A DNA stretch of 64,000 bases from the NCBI RefSeq assembly GCF_964204645.1, contig NC_134032.1, positions 15,302,275-15,366,274 of the forward strand. The letters run 5' to 3'. The position numbers and the translations under genes were made by a program. The notes under the pieces were generated by a model. It had not been told where the DNA came from. It searched no databases and was given only the letters and a program-made list of their open reading frames with translations. Positions 58,232 through 64,000 of the stretch are shown one piece after another (the first letter of the stretch is position 1; every line of letters starts with the position of its first letter). This stretch comes from Tubulanus polymorphus (lineage: Eukaryota; Animalia; Nemertea).

Positions 58232-58428
58232 AGCCAGTTCCATAGCTGGGCTCAGTTCCATAGCTAAGGACCCAATTCTGTAGTTCTGAATCAAGTTCCA
58301 CAGTTCTGGACCCTGTTCCACAGTTCTGGACCCTGTTCCACAGTTCTGGACACAGTTCCACAGTTCTGAACCCAGTTCCACAGTTCATGTCGCAGTTCCA
58401 CAGTTCTAAATCCATTTCCACAGTTCTG
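58232..58428 (+). repeat. 20-bp tandem repeat CAGTTCCACAGTTCTGGACC (family B)
   Basis: About 10 units. Confidence 0.85.
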
Positions 58429-58537
58429 GGCCCAGTTTCACAAAAAAGTTTAACTCTTAAATCGATTTAATTCCTTCATCAATTCAGTTAATCTTAAATC
58501 GATTAAGGCTTTAATTTTTTTTTTGAGAAATTGGGCC
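58429..58537. mobile_element. ~110-bp MITE with CTG target-site duplication
   Basis: CTG|GGCCCAGTTTCACAAAAAA...TTTTTGAGAAATTGGGCC|CTG. Confidence 0.75.
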
Positions 58538-59786
58538 CTGGACCAAGTTCCACTGTAGTGTTAGACTTTATTGGGGTTAAATAATTGAAAATGAACTATT
58601 CACCAACCAAGGCGAATTCAACCATTTACCCTGGGCCAAGTAACCTACATATTCATTTTAACACAAACAACCTCTGGCTAGTCTGGAATCAGCTTTTCTG
58701 TTTGTTGTCTTGGCGACCGTCTGTCATCGGGACAAACGACGACTTAAAGCTGATATACTATATCCTAAGGCGACCTATTTGAACTGAGCAGGTCATTTGT
58801 TCGCTCGGGGGCTACCACGTGTCGGCGAATTTAGCTAATTACTCGCGTGAAAGAACAAGCGTTAATATTTAACGTATCCACGTAACGAGAGTCTATTACT
58901 CATTGTGTTCAACAATGGAACAAAATGGGACAACAATGAGATAACAATACACTGCATGATTTATTCAACAATCAAACATCAGGTTTAACTCCTGTTTATC
59001 AACAACAGAAGCGCTGTGGGATTATTCCTCGAAACCTCGATTGCTGCAGAAGCGTTGCGTCTGAGATGTCATACATCCGTTTCTTGCGTAACGTATTAAG
59101 TTTTATTTAAAAAAAAAATTGTCTGTGTCAACAGACCCTACAGGCCAACCATTCAGTTTTACCTGATAACTAACACTAGCTCGACCGTAACCCTAACAAG
59201 ATTCGAACTCGACACCTCTTGCATGCTAGCTGAGCACACTAACCACTGGACCACAGACTATTAGCGATAGAAACTGTTTGCAAGTTTGTCTGGTTGGTCG
59301 GGTGAGCGCGGTGACCGGTCTGCTGTTGGACTAAAAGCGGTTTGACTGATCTTCTAGCTTGTTGTAAGATTGGCTTTCGACTAGACTCTGGACTATAAAG
59401 TCTGAGCGTTCAACTCTGGACCATAAAGTCTGAGTGTTCAACTCTGGACCATAAAGTCTGAGTGTTCAACTCTGGACCATAAAGTCTAACTGTTCAAATG
59501 GTTTCTGAGTTGAAACTTACAAGCGAAAGAGATGAACAAGAAAATATTCATATATAGTTTTTTCTTTTTTAGATAACGAGCTTTCATACAGTTATAGATC
59601 CGACTATCAACTTGCGCCTCGGGGGTAAGTCAAATTATACCAGCGCCTTACAGTCGCCTGACAAATTATATAATTATATACTACTAGCTGCTACTGATAA
59701 TCGGTTTGTACTGACACCGGTAAGTTTATCGGCGGTTGATATTTCAGAGAGTCGAGTTGAATTGGGCGTGAGGAGCCTCTAGACGA

Positions 59787-60924
59787 ATGATGAGCGATTC
59801 AAACACTTCGACCGTTCTGTCAACTACTGATACTACCACAAAACCAGTTTATCATGGAGTTTGCGATCGGACGCAAGCCACAAAGCCAATTCGCTTAGAA
59901 TATAAAATCAGCGTTCATATGTACATTTTCTTTTACGGACCCGTCACTATATTGGGCATCACTTTGAATGTCATCACGATTTTAGTCTTGAAAAAGATGA
60001 ACAAAGATGTTTATTATTTACTCAAAGTTCTCGCTATTTTGGACATATGTTATTCAACGAGTGTGTTCGCCATGTTCCCTCTACGCACAATTCACCTCTA
60101 TATACATTTAGGGGATACTATTTTGCGAATGGATGACTGGCATTTCGGTTGGGAATTTATACAAGTTGCGATAGGACCGTTTTATATGTTTCAACAGACC
60201 AGAAACTGGTGCGTTATTCTTATCAGTTTAGAAAGACTCGTTATTACAATTTTGCCGTTAAAATCGAGATTGTTCTGGACACGAAAAGTAGTGAATTCTA
60301 TCATATTATTGATAAATATTTACAGTCTTTGTTTTTTCTTTCCAATGTTTTTGCCGGACCCAGTTCTAAAGCCTATGCGCTGTATTCACAGATATCCTAC
60401 TCTTTGGCGACGAGGGTATTTTGCATACTTCTATCCTATTTTCGGTCGTTGGAACGGTATTGCAACAGGCTGGCAGGGCACTGTATCGAGTGTGATCACT
60501 CCTATGATCGCGCTGTTTCTAATAAACGTCATTTTAATTTTGGCTTTAATTGTGATCAAATTATCAGGAATTGGTAAAAGTCGTTCAGCAATAAAGAATC
60601 AAACTTCCAACACGTTAGAGTTACGCGCGTTGAGAATGTCGTTTGCTCTTGTTGTTGTCTTTGCCGGGTTCGAATCATTGATATTTATCCAAAGTTTTCG
60701 CTTTGCGGGTTTTGTGGGATTTTGGGGTATTCCGGTCACCCCTATAGGTAATCTAAGTTATAGGGAGATTCTGTTGTTCCGGCGAAAACGATGCTATAGG
60801 TTTAACTGTAGTTGATTCATGTATGAACTTTTTAGTCTATTGTTTGTCTAACAGTAAATTCAGACTCGCTGTTGTTCAACTGGCGACACAGAAATGTAAA
60901 CCTTGTCGCGTTCGGGTATTCTAA
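59787..60924 (+). CDS. Class A GPCR (FMRFamide-receptor-like/lineage-expanded type), join(59787..60747,60800..60924), 361 aa
   Basis: TM1 GITLN, TM2 LAILD, TM3 RNWCVILISLERL..PL. TM7 DSCMNFLVYC and helix 8 NSKFR are reached only by removing 60748-60799 (GT..AG). Confidence 0.82.
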
Positions 60925-61085
60925 TAGTCATTGTAGCGGAGGGCTCCGGCGGCGGCATACAGGACGTTCGATGACGATTACCCTCACCGCCGCTAGAGGG
61001 GGTAAAACTCTGCTACATGCTGGAATTAGCGAAAAATTCGTTAAAAAAACTAACTTGATAAACAATTGCATTATTTGGTCAGCAG

Positions 61086-61194
61086 GACCCAGTTCCACAG
61101 TTGTGAGTTAGAGTTAACTCTGAGTTAAAGATGGTTCATTTTCAATGAGTTAACTCACAGTTAAATCTTAACTCGGAACTGTGGAACTCGGACC
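61086..61194. mobile_element. ~110-bp MITE with CAG target-site duplication
   Basis: CAG|GACCCAGTTCCACAG...CTGTGGAACTCGGACC|CAG. Confidence 0.78.
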
Positions 61195-62399
61195 CAGGTC
61201 ATTTACATATTTCGAGGGTCTGTCGTGTAAATCTTCCATTGCGTTTTAATGTAACTCAATATTGCGTCAGTCACGTGATAACAACACCGAATTTGCATAA
61301 ATTACTTGCATATCTTTGTATAAGATTATTCTTTATCAATACATTAGTGAACACAAAGCTTCGAGGGGGCCACTTGTATACAGGGTACAGCCAATCGATG
61401 ACGATCCCTCCGATCACCGCTAGAGGGCGTTAAACGAAAATTCATCCTTCAAGTTGCCACAGAGAAAAAACCGTTGATAATTTCTGAACGCTGAGAAAAG
61501 CCCGCGGTTCTGTAGGTCTATATAATTACGGGTAGCGGCGTCTCGACGTTAATTCACCAGACCCGAAATTTGATTTGGCCAAGTTCTATCGGTTGTCATA
61601 GAAACTAATAAATTGATTTTACGCGTTCTTTTTGTGTGTGCGATTTGCGGCCATTTTGATTTTCGATTTCCTGGCCAGATGACTGTCTGGTTCGTTAACC
61701 TCAACGTCACGGTCGACACCGGGTGGAATTAGTTTAGCCGCATGAGGAATTATGGGAGTTTTGGGTTCGAATACTGAAGATAGGAAATCGATACGATTGA
61801 CGTTTACAGGCGTCGACGGTTTTGGGTTCGAATCCCGAATATTTTTGTTTTTCAAACCATAATAAATTCAGTTGAATAATTGAAGCTTTTGATTAATTAT
61901 TCGATCTTTTGAATATTTTCCGTGGTTGTGGATACAGTTTAGCGCTGTCTTCCATTACTTGCGCGGGCATTATCCGTGTACCTGGGAGTTAAACCGGAAG
62001 TCCCAGTCACCGGAACTAGGATAAGACTGCCGTTGACATTTTCGCCTCCCATTGAAGGAGATCAACTTCCAATAAAACCTTGACGAAGAGATCAGACAGT
62101 CTCCCGAGATCAGAGATGAAATTGATCTCCGATAAATCCGACATTCGACCTGGTGGTGATGAAACAGATATTAATAGGAAGTCTGTGTCTAGACTGAATA
62201 TCAAGCGGTTTGTCCAGTAACGAGCTCACAGCGTCTTGTGACATGTAACTCGACGGCAGGTATATTCGATATTTATCATCGATGATATATCGAAAAGATA
62301 TTACAATTTCCGTGTGTAAGATGAAAAATACGTTAGAATTCTCACGATCAGTTTTATTTCAAATTAGGCAAAAGTTAACTGATACCGGACAAAATAGAG

Positions 62400-62815
62400 A
62401 ATCCACTTCCAGAGTTGTGAGTTAATTGATTTGACTCGGAGTTAACTCATTGAAAATTGACTGATTTCAACTCGAAGAGTTAACTCTAACTCACAACTTT
62501 AGAACTGGATCCTGAGTTCAAGGTTACTCAAACTCACAACTGTGGAACTGGATTCAGAGTTCAGAGCTAATTCTAACTCACAACTGTGGAACTGGATCCT
62601 GAGTTCAGAGTTAACTCAAACACACAACTGTGGAACTGGATCCAGAGTTCAACGTTACTCAAACTCACAACTGTGGAACTGGATTCAGAGTTCAGAGCTA
62701 ATTCTAACTCACAACTGTGGAACTGGATCCTGAGTCCAGAGTTAACTCTAACTCACAACTGTGGAACTGGATTCAGAGTTAAGAGTTAATTCGAACTCAT
62801 AACTGTGGAACTGCA
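62400..62815 (-). repeat. MITE with tandemly amplified TIR arm (family B, ~44-bp units)
   Basis: The MITE body at 62400-62515 is followed by ~7 CTCACAACTGTGGAACTGGAT units. Confidence 0.8.
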
Positions 62816-63412
62816 CCAAGTATTGCAATGGGGGATCAGGATACTTTGAAGAGGGTTGGACCAGGTGTCCGCCGATTCCAACCCTAAACCCGTCCCTAAT
62901 GTTACATTGTATATATATCGACTTGTCGCCGTCTGTCCCAGGGACGCGACAGACGATCTGTCGTTATTTAAAGTAAATATCAAAAGAAATCGAACTGGCA
63001 GCAGAGAGAGAGAGAGTCGAAGCGACAGTAACCATAGAAACAGCTGCTGCCGCTGCTGCTGATGCTGCGACTGATGATACGGCCGTACCGTCAGCAGACG
63101 ACTGACTCGTGTAACAGTTAAGTAATATAACTATTAATCGCGCTGTTGTTGACACGGTGTGGATTCTGAAGCAAGCAGACGAGAATTTAAACGACCACAC
63201 GACGAGCGTCATCTTTTAAAACGGATAGATTTCTTTAACGACGCATCTCGCCGATTAGAGAGGTAGGTACCCGTCGTATTGTGGTGACGTCACAATGTCA
63301 ACAAATTACTCAACTCTGTACGCGTATGAATCACCGGTTTTAACCGGTCACGTGTTGTTTATCTTTTCACTGATAACGATTAAGCATTCATTGACTAAAT
63401 TCTTACACAGTA

Positions 63413-63723
63413 TAGGCCAGACAGAACCAGGGTGGCTCCGACAGGGCTACGATAGGTACAGGCCGGGCAGAACCAGGGTGGCTCCGACGGGGCTACAATA
63501 GGTACAGGCCAGGCATGACCAGGGTGGCTCCGACAGGGCTACAATAGGTAGATGCCATGCAGGACCAGGGTGGCTCCGACAGGGCTACAATAGGTACAGG
63601 CCAGGAAGAAACAGGGTGGCTCCGACAGGGCTACAATAGGTACAGGCCAGGAAGAAACAGGGTGGCTCCGACAGGGCTACAATAGGTACAGGCCAGACAG
63701 AACCAGGGTGGCTCCGTCAGGGC
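63413..63723. repeat. ~47-bp minisatellite
   Basis: CAGGGTGGCTCCGACAGGGCTACAATAGGTACAGGCCAG..., ~6-7 copies. Confidence 0.9.
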
Positions 63724-64000
63724 CATTTGCCGATGATATTTTTTTCTGACGGTTAAACAAACGTCTGCTCTGATCCCGTTGATATATTTTTCACCCGTTA
63801 ATTAACCGGAGAACACTCTACAGCCATGATCGATGACAACTTGCTTCCATCGATCCTGGTTGCTTATTTGAAGTACGTGTTTTCGCTATATATCATCATG
63901 AGATGAACGAGCTGAGACTAAAACTAGCTTTTCGAGGAAACATTTCGAACTAGTGAGGGCGGAATTTAAGTTCATATTTCGACTATATCCTTCGATTAAT

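Noticed and set aside
59720-59747. 28-nt GTAAGT..TTTCAG segment in the GPCR 5' region
   Set aside because: Too short for a typical spliceosomal intron. The AG may be used with a more distant donor.

Overview
Repeat-rich metazoan genomic DNA; an invertebrate, probably lophotrochozoan, origin is inferred from gene style. The main gene is a + strand, multi-exon KCNQ1-like (Kv7.1-type) K+ channel. I assembled its exons by hand from 29333 to 47016. They splice in one consistent frame (739 aa from S1 to the stop). The first coding exon was not found in the window. Downstream are a minus-strand ~482-aa orphan ORF and a + strand class A GPCR. The GPCR only gains TM7 if a 52-nt, direct-repeat-flanked GT-AG segment is spliced out. 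tRNA genes: 2 tRNA-Ala(AGC), 6 intact and 2 damaged tRNA-Gly(GCC), and 1 tRNA-Met(CAT). There are also tRNA-derived SINE-like fragments, many MITEs, and mini- and microsatellites. Most notable observations: (1) two homologous 91-nt S1-S2 exons in the KCNQ gene that cannot both be included in frame, with a cluster of perfect, partly competing hairpins between them; (2) a 69-bp tandem array whose units are minimal type I hammerhead ribozyme motifs, with related copies elsewhere; (3) repeated duplication of AG|G splice junctions (S6 acceptor, exon 2a acceptor, GPCR micro-intron). Most ORFs in the supplied track are repeat artefacts.
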